NCBI GenBank assembly: GCA_039589315.1
Contig: JBDHHQ010000134.1
Span: 1-18,672, forward strand
Direction of reading: 5' to 3'
Source of the DNA: Gemmatimonadota bacterium
GTDB taxonomy: Bacteria > Gemmatimonadota > Gemmatimonadetes > Longimicrobiales > Gaopeijiaceae
DNA length: 18,672 nucleotides
Under the pieces are notes generated by a model. The model worked only from the letters and a program-made list of their open reading frames with translations, was not told the DNA's origin and made no database searches. Of this stretch, positions 1-8,779 are shown piece by piece (position 1 is the stretch's first letter; each line of letters starts with the position of its first letter). A program made the translations under genes and the position numbers.

Positions 1-1
1 C

Positions 2-1075
2 CGAAGTCTGGAGGGTGAGCGCGCCGTGGTCTTCTATCAGGACGGTGACTCGGCGCGGGCCGCCCGATTCCTCGCGTTCGCAGAAGCCCAAACGCCCCTT
101 CCCGGACTCCCGCCAGGGGTGCCTCGAGGCGTTCGCCTCTACCTCGCGCCCGACGAGAGCTCCTTTGACGAGGTTACCGGGGGCCGGATTCCGGGGTGGG
201 GCGCCGGCGTCGCCATTCCTGCCGACAGCATCATGGTCCTGCCTCTCTTCAGCTCGGGCCGAGGTCGGGGGATCGAGCTCCGCACGGTTCTTCGTCACGA
301 GTGGGCCCACCTGGGGCTCCACCAACACCTGTCGGGACGCCGGGCACCCCGCTGGTTCGACGAGGGCTACGCACAGTGGGCATCGGGCGGCTGGGATGCC
401 ATGGAGGGGTGGCGTTTGCGCGTCGCCTTTGCCACCGGGCGGGCGCCCCCCCTTGATTCGCTCGCGCTGGCTTGGCCCCGCAACCGGGCGGCAGCGGAGC
501 TGGCCTACGGCCTGTCGGCTACGGTGCTGGAGTACCTCGTGGAGGAGAGTGGGACGCGGGGGCTCGAAGTACTGCTGGCGCGCCTGCCCGAAATGGGGTT
601 CGACCGAGCGCTGCGGACCACGTACGGCGTCACGGCCGGACAGCTCGAGCAGGACTGGCAGAAGTACGTGAAGAAGCGGTACGGATGGCTCCTGGTGCTT
701 TCCCACTCCTTGATCTTCTGGTCCGCGCTCTCCGTGGTCCTGCTGGTCATGGTGCTGATCCGGCGGCGGCGGGACCGGGAGGCCCTGGCGCGTCTGCGAG
801 CCAGGGAGGACCCCGACCATCCCGCGTACTGGCTGGACGCGGGCCTGCCACCGCCGACTCGACGGACCCAGGGGCGAGCCGTCGGATCGTGGACGGGCGG
901 GGTCCCATCGCGGCAGGCGTCCTGGACCGCCGGGCCCCCCTCCGCAACCTGGCCGAAGCCACTGGCTCCCGTGCCTTCCCGGCAGTCGGACCCCGAGGGG
1001 GCCCCGGCCGAAGGTGGCTCCAAGCGAGGGGCGTCGGAGTATAAGACGGAGGCACCCGAGGAACCGGAAGAGTGA
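2..1075 (+). CDS. Peptidase MA-like (gluzincin, HEXXH) protein with C-terminal membrane anchor; 5'-truncated by window edge
   Basis: The frame is open from position 2, so the GTG at 26 is probably internal. It has the LRHEWAH zinc motif followed by PRWFDEGYA (third-ligand Glu), a hydrophobic helix WLLVLSHSLIFWSALSVVLLVMVLI followed by RRRRDR, and a Pro/Ala/Glu-rich tail. Confidence 0.8.
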   Translation, partial: RSLEGERAVVFYQDGDSARAARFLAFAEAQTPLPGLPPGVPRGVRLYLAPDESSFDEVTGGRIPGWGAGVAIPADSIMVLPLFSSGRGRGIELRTVLRHEWAHLGLHQHLSGRRAPRWFDEGYAQWASGGWDAMEGWRLRVAFATGRAPPLDSLALAWPRNRAAAELAYGLSATVLEYLVEESGTRGLEVLLARLPEMGFDRALRTTYGVTAGQLEQDWQKYVKKRYGWLLVLSHSLIFWSALSVVLLVMVLIRRRRDREALARLRAREDPDHPAYWLDAGLPPPTRRTQGRAVGSWTGGVPSRQASWTAGPPSATWPKPLAPVPSRQSDPEGAPAEGGSKRGASEYKTEAPEEPEE

Positions 1076-1087
1076 GAAAGCCGCCAG

Positions 1088-2497
1088 ATGCAAGAGAGAA
1101 TCCTCGTCGTCGACGATGACGCCGACCATCGCGGCGTTCTTACGGCGAAGCTCGAGCACTCCGGGTACACGGTCCGGGAGGCGGGAAGCGCCGAGGAGGC
1201 CCTCGCGGTCGTTTCCGCCTTCGATCCAGCGCTCATCATCACGGACCTCCGCATGCCCGGCATGACCGGGGTCCAGCTCACCGAGCGGGTCCGGTCGGCG
1301 ACCGAGGGTATCGACGTCGTAGTCGTGACGGCCCATGAAGACATGGGCTCTGCGGTGGCGGCCATGAAGGCCGGTGCCTTCGACTACCTCGTCAAGCCGA
1401 TCCAGATCTCCACGATCGACGGACTGGTGGAACGGTGCCTGCGGGAGCAGGCTCTGAATCGGGAGGCTGGCTCCCCCAGGGTCGACGAGCTCTCCGCAGC
1501 CGGAGACGGCGAGGTGGTGGGGCGCGATCCCCACATGATCGAGATCTACAAGATGATCGGCGTGTTGGCCCGGAACCGGGCTACCGTGCTGGTACGGGGC
1601 GAGACCGGAACGGGCAAGGAGCTCGTGGCGCGGGCGATCCACGACTACTCGGCCCATTCCGATCAGCCGTTCATCGCCGTGAACTGCACGGCTCTGACCG
1701 ATACCCTCCTGGAATCGGAGCTGTTCGGCCACGCCAAGGGGGCCTTCACGGGGGCGGTCTCTTCACGGCGCGGGTACTTCGAGCTCGCGGGCTCGGGAAC
1801 CATCTTCCTCGACGAGATCGGCGACACCTCGCCCGGCTTCCAGACCAAGCTGCTCCGGGTCCTGCAGGATCGGACCTTCTACCCGGTGGGCGGAGAGAGT
1901 CCGCGCAGCACCGAGGCTCGGGTCATCGCGGCCACGCATCAGCCGATCGAAGAGCTGGTTCGAGGTGGGAAGTTCCGGGAAGACCTGTATTTCCGCCTCA
2001 AGGTGGTGGAGATCCGGGTCCCGGCGCTCCGGGAGCGGGAGGGCGACATCCCGTTGTTGGCCAACGCGCTGCTGGAGCGGATCCGACGGGAGACGGACAG
2101 CGAAGTGCATCAGATCTCGCCTGAAGCCATGGTGCGGCTCAGATCCTACCGCTGGCCAGGCAATGTCCGCGAACTGGAGAACACGTTGACCCGAGCGGCC
2201 ATCCTGGCTCGCGGCTCCACGATCGGCGCCGGGCACGTTTCGCTGGGCCCTGCCGGCGCGCCGGAGCCCCGGCCAGCGGAGGCCACACCGTCGACGTGGG
2301 GGCCGGGCGACGACGGAGACCCCACGGCGCTCATGTTGGAGACGGCAATCCTCGAACACGTCCGGCGGGTGTTGGCGATCACGGGAGGGAACAAGAGCGA
2401 GGCGGCCCGCCTCATGAGGATCAGCCGGTCCCGACTCAATCGGATCCTACGGAAAACAGAAGGGGGAGAGACCGATGACGATCCGGATGAGGGTTGA
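1088..2497 (+). CDS. Sigma-54-dependent response regulator (NtrC/AtoC/ZraR family: receiver + AAA+ + Fis HTH)
   Basis: Receiver ILVVDDD...ITDLRMPG...AFDYLVKP. Walker [16 protein letters not shown]-x-K-GAFTGA, Walker [28 protein letters not shown]-terminal [21 protein letters not shown]. Confidence 0.96.
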   Translation: MQERILVVDDDADHRGVLTAKLEHSGYTVREAGSAEEALAVVSAFDPALIITDLRMPGMTGVQLTERVRSATEGIDVVVVTAHEDMGSAVAAMKAGAFDYLVKPIQISTIDGLVERCLREQALNREAGSPRVDELSAAGDGEVVGRDPHMIEIYKMIGVLARNRATVLVRGETGTGKELVARAIHDYSAHSDQPFIAVNCTALTDTLLESELFGHAKGAFTGAVSSRRGYFELAGSGTIFLDEIGDTSPGFQTKLLRVLQDRTFYPVGGESPRSTEARVIAATHQPIEELVRGGKFREDLYFRLKVVEIRVPALREREGDIPLLANALLERIRRETDSEVHQISPEAMVRLRSYRWPGNVRELENTLTRAAILARGSTIGAGHVSLGPAGAPEPRPAEATPSTWGPGDDGDPTALMLETAILEHVRRVLAITGGNKSEAARLMRISRSRLNRILRKTEGGETDDDPDEG

Positions 2498-2532
2498 CCC
2501 GGCCAGAACGGGCCGGTAGGATTCGCGCCGTC

Positions 2533-2733
2533 ATGGCCACACGAGCGAAAGACCTGGATCCCGATGACCGGCCGTCTCTCCGCTTCTCCGCGGTGAACGG
2601 CGCCCTGGGGGCAGCTGGCCTGGCGGCCATCGTCCTGGGCTATTTCCTGCTGGCACAGGGATCCATCACGGCCGCGCCGCTTCTCCTGGTACTCGGGTAC
2701 GTAGTCCTCCTTCCGCTGGCGATCATTCTCTGA
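2533..2733 (+). CDS. Small two-TM membrane protein, DUF3098-like (66 aa; alternative TTG start at 2494)
   Basis: Two hydrophobic segments, GLAAIVLGYFLLAQG and SITAAPLLLVLGYVVLLPLAIIL. The T-x-AP-x-LLVLGY pattern resembles DUF3098 proteins (recalled, not searched). It fills the gap between two clear genes on the same strand. Confidence 0.7.
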   Translation: MATRAKDLDPDDRPSLRFSAVNGALGAAGLAAIVLGYFLLAQGSITAAPLLLVLGYVVLLPLAIIL

Positions 2734-2796
2734 GCCGTCGTGGCTCGCCCGGGATCGCCACCGCAACGGGCGGCGGCCCGATGGAGGCCTCAACGC

Positions 2797-4362
2797 GTGG
2801 AAGCCCTCCGACCCCTCGACGCTAGCGCCTTCCGCCGCTCCCTCCCCGTAGGTCGTTGGCCTTCGGCCACCGTGCTGGTGGTCGCTTTCCTGCTGCCGGC
2901 GTCGCTCCGGGCGCAGTCGGACCCTCTGGAAGGCTTCCGGGACTACGTCGCGGCCGCAGTCGCGGAATGGGCGGTGCCGGGCCTCGCCGTGGCCGTCGTC
3001 AAGGAGGGGGAGGTACGCTTCGCGGAGGGGTTCGGGGTGCGCGAGCTGGGACACACGGATCCCGTGGGCATCCACACGCTGTTCGCCATCGGCTCGACCA
3101 CCAAGGCCATGACGGCGGCCGCCCTCGGGATGTTGGTGGACGAGGGGGAGCTGGATTGGGGTGACCGCGTCATCGATCACCTTCCGGAGTTCCAGCTCCA
3201 CGACCCGTACGTGACCCGTGAGATCCGGGTCCGGGACCTCCTGACCCACAGAGCGGGGCTTGGTAACGCCGACTTTCTCTGGTACGAGCAGGAGACCACC
3301 ACCCAGGAGATCCTGCGGCGGATCCGCTACGCCGAGCCCGCCTACTCGTTTCGGGCCGGCTACACCTATCAGAACATCATGTACGCCGCGGCCGGCCAGG
3401 TCGTAGCCGCCGTGAGCGGTGTTCCGTGGGCCGACTTCGTTCAACGGCGGATCTTCGACCCACTGGGCATGGACGGGAGCATCCCCACCATGGCCACGCT
3501 GAGTGATCAGCCGGATGTGGCGCTCCCTCATGGCATGGTGGGCGGCGAGCTCACGGTCATCGAGAACGCCAGCGTGGATCCGGTGGCCGCTGCCGGGTCG
3601 GTGTGGTCGAGCGTCCACGACATGAGCCGATGGATGGCGTTCCTGCTGAGGGGGGGCGTCACCGACGGCGGAGAGCGGCTCTTGAGCGAGGAGACCCACG
3701 CCGAGCTGTTCACGCCCCACACGATCATTCCTCTCGACCAGTTCTACCCCACGGCCCGTCTGACTCGACCGCGCTGGACCACCTACGGGCTGGGGTGGTT
3801 TCAGCACGACTACCGAGGCAGGGCCGTCGACTTCCACACCGGGAGCATCGACGGCATGGTGGCGATCCACGGGCTGATCCGCGAGGAGAACCTGGGCGTA
3901 TACGTCCTGGCCAACCGTGACCACGCCGAGCTGCGCCACGCCATCATGTACCGGGTCTTCGATCAGTTCGGCGACGGCCCCGGTCGGGATTGGAGCGTGG
4001 ACCTGAAGCAGCTGTACGACGGGTTGGCCCGAGAGGCCGAGGAAGCCAGGGCCCGGGCCGAAGCCGATCGGGTCGCAGGCACGATGCCGTCCCTCGACGA
4101 GGACGCCTACGTGGGCGAGTATCACGATCGGCTCCATGGAACGGTGACCGTGTCACGCGACGACGCCGGCCGATTGCGACTGGAATACGGACCGGGGCTT
4201 CGGGGCGACCTGGAACACTGGCACTACGACACCTTCCGCGTGACTTGGGATGCGGGCTGGCGAGGTACGTCGCTCACCACTTTCCGGCTGGATGAGGACG
4301 CCCGCATCTTTCGGCTCGAGCTGGGCGACGGCGCTTTCGCGCGGGTCGAGTCCCAGCCGTAG
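2797..4362 (+). CDS. Secreted serine hydrolase, class C beta-lactamase/penicillin-recognising family, with C-terminal DUF3471-like domain
   Basis: SxxK motif FAIGSTTK, LLTHRAGL, YxN motif YTYQN, and HTG motif FHTGSIDG. The C-terminal YVGEYHDRLHG...LEHWHYDTF domain and a signal peptide ending LRA-Q are present. GTG 2797 is preferred over 2740 because GGAGG lies at 2783-2787. Confidence 0.9.
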   Translation: MEALRPLDASAFRRSLPVGRWPSATVLVVAFLLPASLRAQSDPLEGFRDYVAAAVAEWAVPGLAVAVVKEGEVRFAEGFGVRELGHTDPVGIHTLFAIGSTTKAMTAAALGMLVDEGELDWGDRVIDHLPEFQLHDPYVTREIRVRDLLTHRAGLGNADFLWYEQETTTQEILRRIRYAEPAYSFRAGYTYQNIMYAAAGQVVAAVSGVPWADFVQRRIFDPLGMDGSIPTMATLSDQPDVALPHGMVGGELTVIENASVDPVAAAGSVWSSVHDMSRWMAFLLRGGVTDGGERLLSEETHAELFTPHTIIPLDQFYPTARLTRPRWTTYGLGWFQHDYRGRAVDFHTGSIDGMVAIHGLIREENLGVYVLANRDHAELRHAIMYRVFDQFGDGPGRDWSVDLKQLYDGLAREAEEARARAEADRVAGTMPSLDEDAYVGEYHDRLHGTVTVSRDDAGRLRLEYGPGLRGDLEHWHYDTFRVTWDAGWRGTSLTTFRLDEDARIFRLELGDGAFARVESQP

Positions 4363-4469
4363 CCAGTGGCGTCCACGTCCGGGCCCGACGCGGGCCTCAC
4401 GGCCCGCTCCGCCCCACAGACGAGCCGGCTCTCCGGCGCCTGCAACCTACGCTGAGGGTAGGGTATCCC

Positions 4470-6026
4470 ATGCGAAGCCACCTCGTTCTGGCCGTAGCAC
4501 TCGCGCTCGCGTCGTCCGCCTGCGAGCGTACCGGCCCCGCCGACGGAGATCACCCCTCCCTCCGGGTCGCCGTCGCGCGCTTCTCCCACGAAACGTGCAC
4601 GTTCTGTCCCGGAGGAGACGTGGAGGTCGAGGACTGGACCCGGCAGGGAGCGCCGGAGAGGGGCGAGGCGCTGCTGTCTTCCGGTGGCTACGTGGGCGGG
4701 TTCGTCTCCCAGGCTCGAGGCTTCCGCGACGTGGAGCTGGTGGGGCTCACTTCGCCGGCAGGCGTGTTCGGCGGGTCGTCCAGAAGCTGGAACACCGAGG
4801 AGACCTTCGACCACTTCGTGTCCTTGATGCTGGAGGACCTCCGGGCCGCCATGCCTGTGGACGGGGTGTACCTGGCCCTCCACGGCGCCATGGCCGTCCG
4901 GAACGTGCCGCGTCCGGAGGCCGAGATCGCCCGGCGATTCCGTGAGGTGGTCGGGCCCGATGTCCCCATCGCGGGCACCTTCGACCTCCACGGGAACGAG
5001 GACGCGGAGTTTCTCCGCTGGGCGAACTTCGCGTTCGTGACCAAGCGCTATCCGCACTACGACGCCTGGATCCAGGGGGAGCGAGCCGCCCGGGCTCTGG
5101 TCCGGACCATGCGGGGCGACTACACCCCTACCACGGCGACCCGGAAGCCCGGTGTCATCACTGCAACGGTGCTCCAGTGGACCGGCCAATCACCGTCCAT
5201 GGACATCATGGAGCGGGCGCGGCGCTGGGAGGCGCGGGAGCGCGACGTGTTCGTGAGCGTCTTCTATGGCTACCCCTGGTCTGACGTCCCCGACGTGGGA
5301 GCCACGGTCCACGTGATGACCAACGACGACCAGGCACTGGCCGACCGCATCGCCGACGACATGAACGACTTTGTCTGGCGGGTGCGGGAGGACTTCGCCC
5401 ACGGCGACTATCCGCCGCCAGCCGAGGCAGCCAGGCAGGTCCGGAGAGCGCTGGCCGACGGCGCGACTCCGGTGGCGGTGGGGGATCACAGCGACCGGCC
5501 GGGCGACGCGACCCACATCCTGCGCGCCTTCGAGGCGGCCGGCATCGGCAAGGTCTTGTACGGGACCATCACTGCGCCCGCCGCGCTCGACGCCATCGCC
5601 GAGATCGGTGCCCAGCCCGGGGATCCCTTCGACATGGAGATCGGGGGCTTCACTCCGTCCGGCGGCGATCCGTACCGCATCACCGGTACGCTGGTGCACG
5701 TGGGGGAGGGTCTGGGGTACGAGCTGATCGCGGCCGTGGAGTTCGGCGACGACAACCTCGTGTTCCTGACTCCCGCCTACGCTCAGATCCTCTATCCGGA
5801 GCGCTTCGCCCTGGGAGACGTGGACCCGTCGGACTACGACGTCTTCGTGGTCAAATCCCGGGTGCACTTCCGCAGGGGCTTCGACGAGACCGGGTACGCG
5901 CGCGAGATCATCGTGGTCGAGGCACCGGAGCCGTTCGTCGGCACCACCTTCCTCGATGCGCTGCCCTATGAACACGCGGACCTGACCGTGCTGTACCCCT
6001 ATGGGATGCCGCCCGAGCGGCGGTAG
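4470..6026 (+). CDS. M81-family metallopeptidase (MlrC-like), probable lipoprotein
   Basis: Family motifs HET-x-TF, YLALHGAM, DLHGN, YPHYD, VGDHSDRPG and VVKSRVHFR. N-terminal signal MRSHLVLAVALALASSA-C with an imperfect lipobox. Confidence 0.9.
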   Translation: MRSHLVLAVALALASSACERTGPADGDHPSLRVAVARFSHETCTFCPGGDVEVEDWTRQGAPERGEALLSSGGYVGGFVSQARGFRDVELVGLTSPAGVFGGSSRSWNTEETFDHFVSLMLEDLRAAMPVDGVYLALHGAMAVRNVPRPEAEIARRFREVVGPDVPIAGTFDLHGNEDAEFLRWANFAFVTKRYPHYDAWIQGERAARALVRTMRGDYTPTTATRKPGVITATVLQWTGQSPSMDIMERARRWEARERDVFVSVFYGYPWSDVPDVGATVHVMTNDDQALADRIADDMNDFVWRVREDFAHGDYPPPAEAARQVRRALADGATPVAVGDHSDRPGDATHILRAFEAAGIGKVLYGTITAPAALDAIAEIGAQPGDPFDMEIGGFTPSGGDPYRITGTLVHVGEGLGYELIAAVEFGDDNLVFLTPAYAQILYPERFALGDVDPSDYDVFVVKSRVHFRRGFDETGYAREIIVVEAPEPFVGTTFLDALPYEHADLTVLYPYGMPPERR

Positions 6027-6059
6027 GGAGGTGGGCGCGCTGGAGAGAGAGCACGGGAA

Positions 6060-7751
6060 TTGAATCGGCCCGAACAATCCGCTTCCGACCCCTCCACGGC
6101 TGGCGGACTGCCGCGCATCGACGACCTGACGGTCGGTGCGCTCCTCCTCGCTGTCCTCCTGTTCGCCCTCCGGCTGCTGGATCTGGAGGCGGACCTCCCA
6201 TGGGACTTGAGCTGGTCCACCAGCGTCTACCACGACGAGGGCATCTACGCGCGCAACGCCGTCTGGTGGGTCGAGACGGGGCGTTGGCTCATCCCCGCGG
6301 ACTACAACACGGCGCTCAACTACCCGGTGCCGTTTCTGTTCCAGTCGCTGGCGTTTCGCGTCCTGGGTACCGGCTTGTTCGCGGCACGGCTGGTCTCGGT
6401 CGCGTTCGCCGGCGGGCTCATCGTCGTGTCGGGGCTGCTGGCCCGCAGAACGCTCGGCAACCTGGCGGCTGCGCTCGCCGTGCTGTTGTTGGCGAGCCAC
6501 CCCCTCCTTTTCTTCTACTCCAGGTACGCCCACCTGGACGTCGCCATGGTCTTCTGGTGCGTCCTCGCCGTTCTGCTCATGACCTCGCGGCGCCCCACGA
6601 CCTGGCGGGTCGTGGCGGCCGGTGTCGCGGCCCTGCTCGCGCTGCTCACGAAGACCAGCGCCGTCTTCGTGATACCCGTGCTGGCATTCGTCCCCCTGGT
6701 CGCGGCGGAATACCGAGACGACCGGATCCGGCCCGTCGTGTGGCTGATGGCCACGCTGGTCGTGGGTTGGCTGCTCTATCTCGTGCTGTGGGTGTTCCCT
6801 CACGCGGCGGACTACGCCGCGGTGGCGGCGAGCGTAACGACGGACCGGATGCGCTTCGACGCGGGCTGGATCCTCTCGGGATTCCTGCTGGCCCTGGCCA
6901 ACCTGGCGGTTCGAGACAGCACGTTGACCATCGTCGCCCTGCTTTCGGCACTCTTCCTGCCGCTGCTCCACGTCTTCTCGCGAAGGGAGAAGGTCGTCCT
7001 GGCCGGGGCGCTGCTCTGGCTCGCGTGTTACCTGGGCCTCATCGGCCTGACCCACTACCTGCCGACGCGCTACTTCGTACCGGCGGTCCCGGCCATGGCC
7101 CTGATCGCCGGTCTGGCCTTGACGACGGTCGCCGGCATGGGCCGCGGAGGCCGGGTCCTGGCCATCGCTGCCGTCACCGGTATCGTGGCGGACCAAACCA
7201 TCGCGATCGCCGTATACCTCGCGGGGCCCAACCATTCCATGCACGACGTCGCCGGGATGATCACACGGGATCTGGAGCGGACCGCTCGAGAGGCTCCGCT
7301 GCTCATGGGGCACCCGTCGGGTACGCCGGCGCTGATGCTGGGCATGCCGTCGATCGGCGAGTTCCTGGGTACCGGAGACGTGCTCGAGAAGCTCCGGGTC
7401 CACGAGCCGTCTCACCATCTCAGCGACGGCCCCATGCGCGGCGATACCCGCCGGGCCCTGACCGAGGTGGGCTACGAGCCGCTGCTGGTCGACTCGGTTC
7501 CAGTCTACGGGGAGGGCCTGGGCGGTCGGGCAGGGGGGTGGATCCACCTGTACCGGCTCATCCGCGAGCCGCCGCCGTCGGGGTCCGAGACACCCATGCC
7601 GAGCTCCGCACTCGACGCACCCATGCCGAGCTCCGCACTCGACGCACCCATGCCGAGCTCCGCACTCGACGCACCCGTCCCGAGCCCCGGACTCGCCGCA
7701 CCCCCGTTGCCGGTCGATGACAGGTCCATGGGAAGGCAGACGAGAAGATGA
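6060..7751 (+). CDS. ArnT/PMT-like GT-C membrane glycosyltransferase (polyprenol-phosphate-sugar dependent)
   Basis: Polytopic membrane protein with the acidic DE motif (YHDEGIY) after the first TM, plus LFAARLVS, LALLTKTSA and RYFVPAVP segments typical of the family. The TTG start is uncertain. Confidence 0.8.
   Translation: MNRPEQSASDPSTAGGLPRIDDLTVGALLLAVLLFALRLLDLEADLPWDLSWSTSVYHDEGIYARNAVWWVETGRWLIPADYNTALNYPVPFLFQSLAFRVLGTGLFAARLVSVAFAGGLIVVSGLLARRTLGNLAAALAVLLLASHPLLFFYSRYAHLDVAMVFWCVLAVLLMTSRRPTTWRVVAAGVAALLALLTKTSAVFVIPVLAFVPLVAAEYRDDRIRPVVWLMATLVVGWLLYLVLWVFPHAADYAAVAASVTTDRMRFDAGWILSGFLLALANLAVRDSTLTIVALLSALFLPLLHVFSRREKVVLAGALLWLACYLGLIGLTHYLPTRYFVPAVPAMALIAGLALTTVAGMGRGGRVLAIAAVTGIVADQTIAIAVYLAGPNHSMHDVAGMITRDLERTAREAPLLMGHPSGTPALMLGMPSIGEFLGTGDVLEKLRVHEPSHHLSDGPMRGDTRRALTEVGYEPLLVDSVPVYGEGLGGRAGGWIHLYRLIREPPPSGSETPMPSSALDAPMPSSALDAPMPSSALDAPVPSPGLAAPPLPVDDRSMGRQTRR
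7593..7700 (+). repeat. In-frame 27-bp tandem repeat (3 perfect copies + 1 degenerate) encoding PMPSSALDA
   Basis: cccatgccgagctccgcactcgacgca at 7593-7619, 7620-7646 and 7647-7673. The fourth copy at 7674-7700 (cccgtcccgagccccggactcgccgca) matches 22/27. Confidence 0.97.
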
Positions 7752-8779
7752 CAGGTAGGGACGATCTGGCCCTGGAGGTCCTGATCCCCGTCTTCAACGA
7801 CTGGGAAGCGGTGGCCGTGCTGCTCCCGCGCATCGACGCCGCGCTCGGGCGATACGGGGCCCGAGCCGATGTCCTGCTCGTCGACGACGGCTCCACGGAC
7901 CCGTTGCCTCAGGAGCTGACCCGGGGTTCGTACGGGACCCTCGGTGCGGTCCGTGTGCTTCGCCTGCGCCGGAACCTGGGGCATCAGCGAGCGATCGCGG
8001 TCGGGCTGGCCTACCTCGAAGAGCGGTCCACCGCCGACGCGGTGGCGGTGATGGACGGCGATGGGCAGGACGACCCGGAGGTGCTGCCCGCCCTGCTCGA
8101 CCGGATGGTGGAGCTGGGCCAGGAGACGATCGTGTTCGCGGGACGCCGCCGCCGGGCGGAGGGGCTCTTCTTCCGCAGCTTCTACTACGCCTACGCGTCT
8201 CTGCACCGGGCGCTCACCGGCTTCGGTCTGAGGGTCGGGAACTTCAGCGTGATCCCGCGCGCGGCGTTGCGCAGCCTCGTGGCTGTGGGGGAGCTGTGGA
8301 ACCACTACGCTGCGGCCGTCTACCACAGCCGACTGCCCCACGACAGGGTGCCGACCCACCGGGCTCCCAGGGTGGACGGCCAGTCCAAGATGAACTTCAT
8401 CGCCCTGGTCACCCATGGCCTGAGCGCGATCTCGGTGTATGCGGACCGGGTCGGCGTTCGCCTCCTCGTGGGGTCGTCAGTGGCCTTCGCCGCAGTCGGC
8501 CTGGTCGTCGTCGGCGCGTCCACGTGGGGGTTGGTCCAGGACGGCGCGATCCCCGGGTGGATTGCGGACAACGTCGGCGTGGTCCTGGTGCTCTTCGTTC
8601 AGTTCCTGCTGTTCACGCTCCTGTTCTGCTTCATCGTGCTGCGCAGCCGCATTCACATGTCGTTCATCCCCCACCGGGACTACCGGTACTTCGTGGATAC
8701 CGTGACAGGGGAGTCGCCCGCGGCAGCGGCGGGCGGCACGGAGCCTCTGACGATCCAGCGAGAGGCTCAGCCCTCCTGA
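7748..8779 (+). CDS. GT2 glycosyltransferase, ArnC/GtrB/DPM-synthase-like, with two C-terminal TM helices
   Basis: VLIPVFND, LVDDGSTD, RNLGHQRAI, DXD motif MDGDGQDDP, and RVDGQSKM, followed by two hydrophobic helices. ATGA 4-bp overlap with the upstream GT-C gene. Confidence 0.92.
   Translation: MTGRDDLALEVLIPVFNDWEAVAVLLPRIDAALGRYGARADVLLVDDGSTDPLPQELTRGSYGTLGAVRVLRLRRNLGHQRAIAVGLAYLEERSTADAVAVMDGDGQDDPEVLPALLDRMVELGQETIVFAGRRRRAEGLFFRSFYYAYASLHRALTGFGLRVGNFSVIPRAALRSLVAVGELWNHYAAAVYHSRLPHDRVPTHRAPRVDGQSKMNFIALVTHGLSAISVYADRVGVRLLVGSSVAFAAVGLVVVGASTWGLVQDGAIPGWIADNVGVVLVLFVQFLLFTLLFCFIVLRSRIHMSFIPHRDYRYFVDTVTGESPAAAAGGTEPLTIQREAQPS

Noticed and set aside
2797..4362. Calling the serine hydrolase an AmpC resistance gene
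   Set aside because: HTG rather than KTG and the extra C-terminal domain fit the broad peptidase/esterase branch. Beta-lactamase activity is unsupported.
4410..4420. 11-mer cgccccacaga shared with 10111-10121
   Set aside because: The flanks do not extend the match and the word is C-rich, so it cannot be distinguished from chance.
2146..7547. Long antisense ORFs (2146-4137, 5190-7547; likewise 12494-14014, 14533-16077)
   Set aside because: These are shadow ORFs opposite well-supported genes, expected in high-GC DNA, with no recognisable motifs.
7593..7700. 27-bp repeats as a CRISPR array
   Set aside because: The copies are directly adjacent with no spacers, lie in frame within a CDS, and no cas genes are present.
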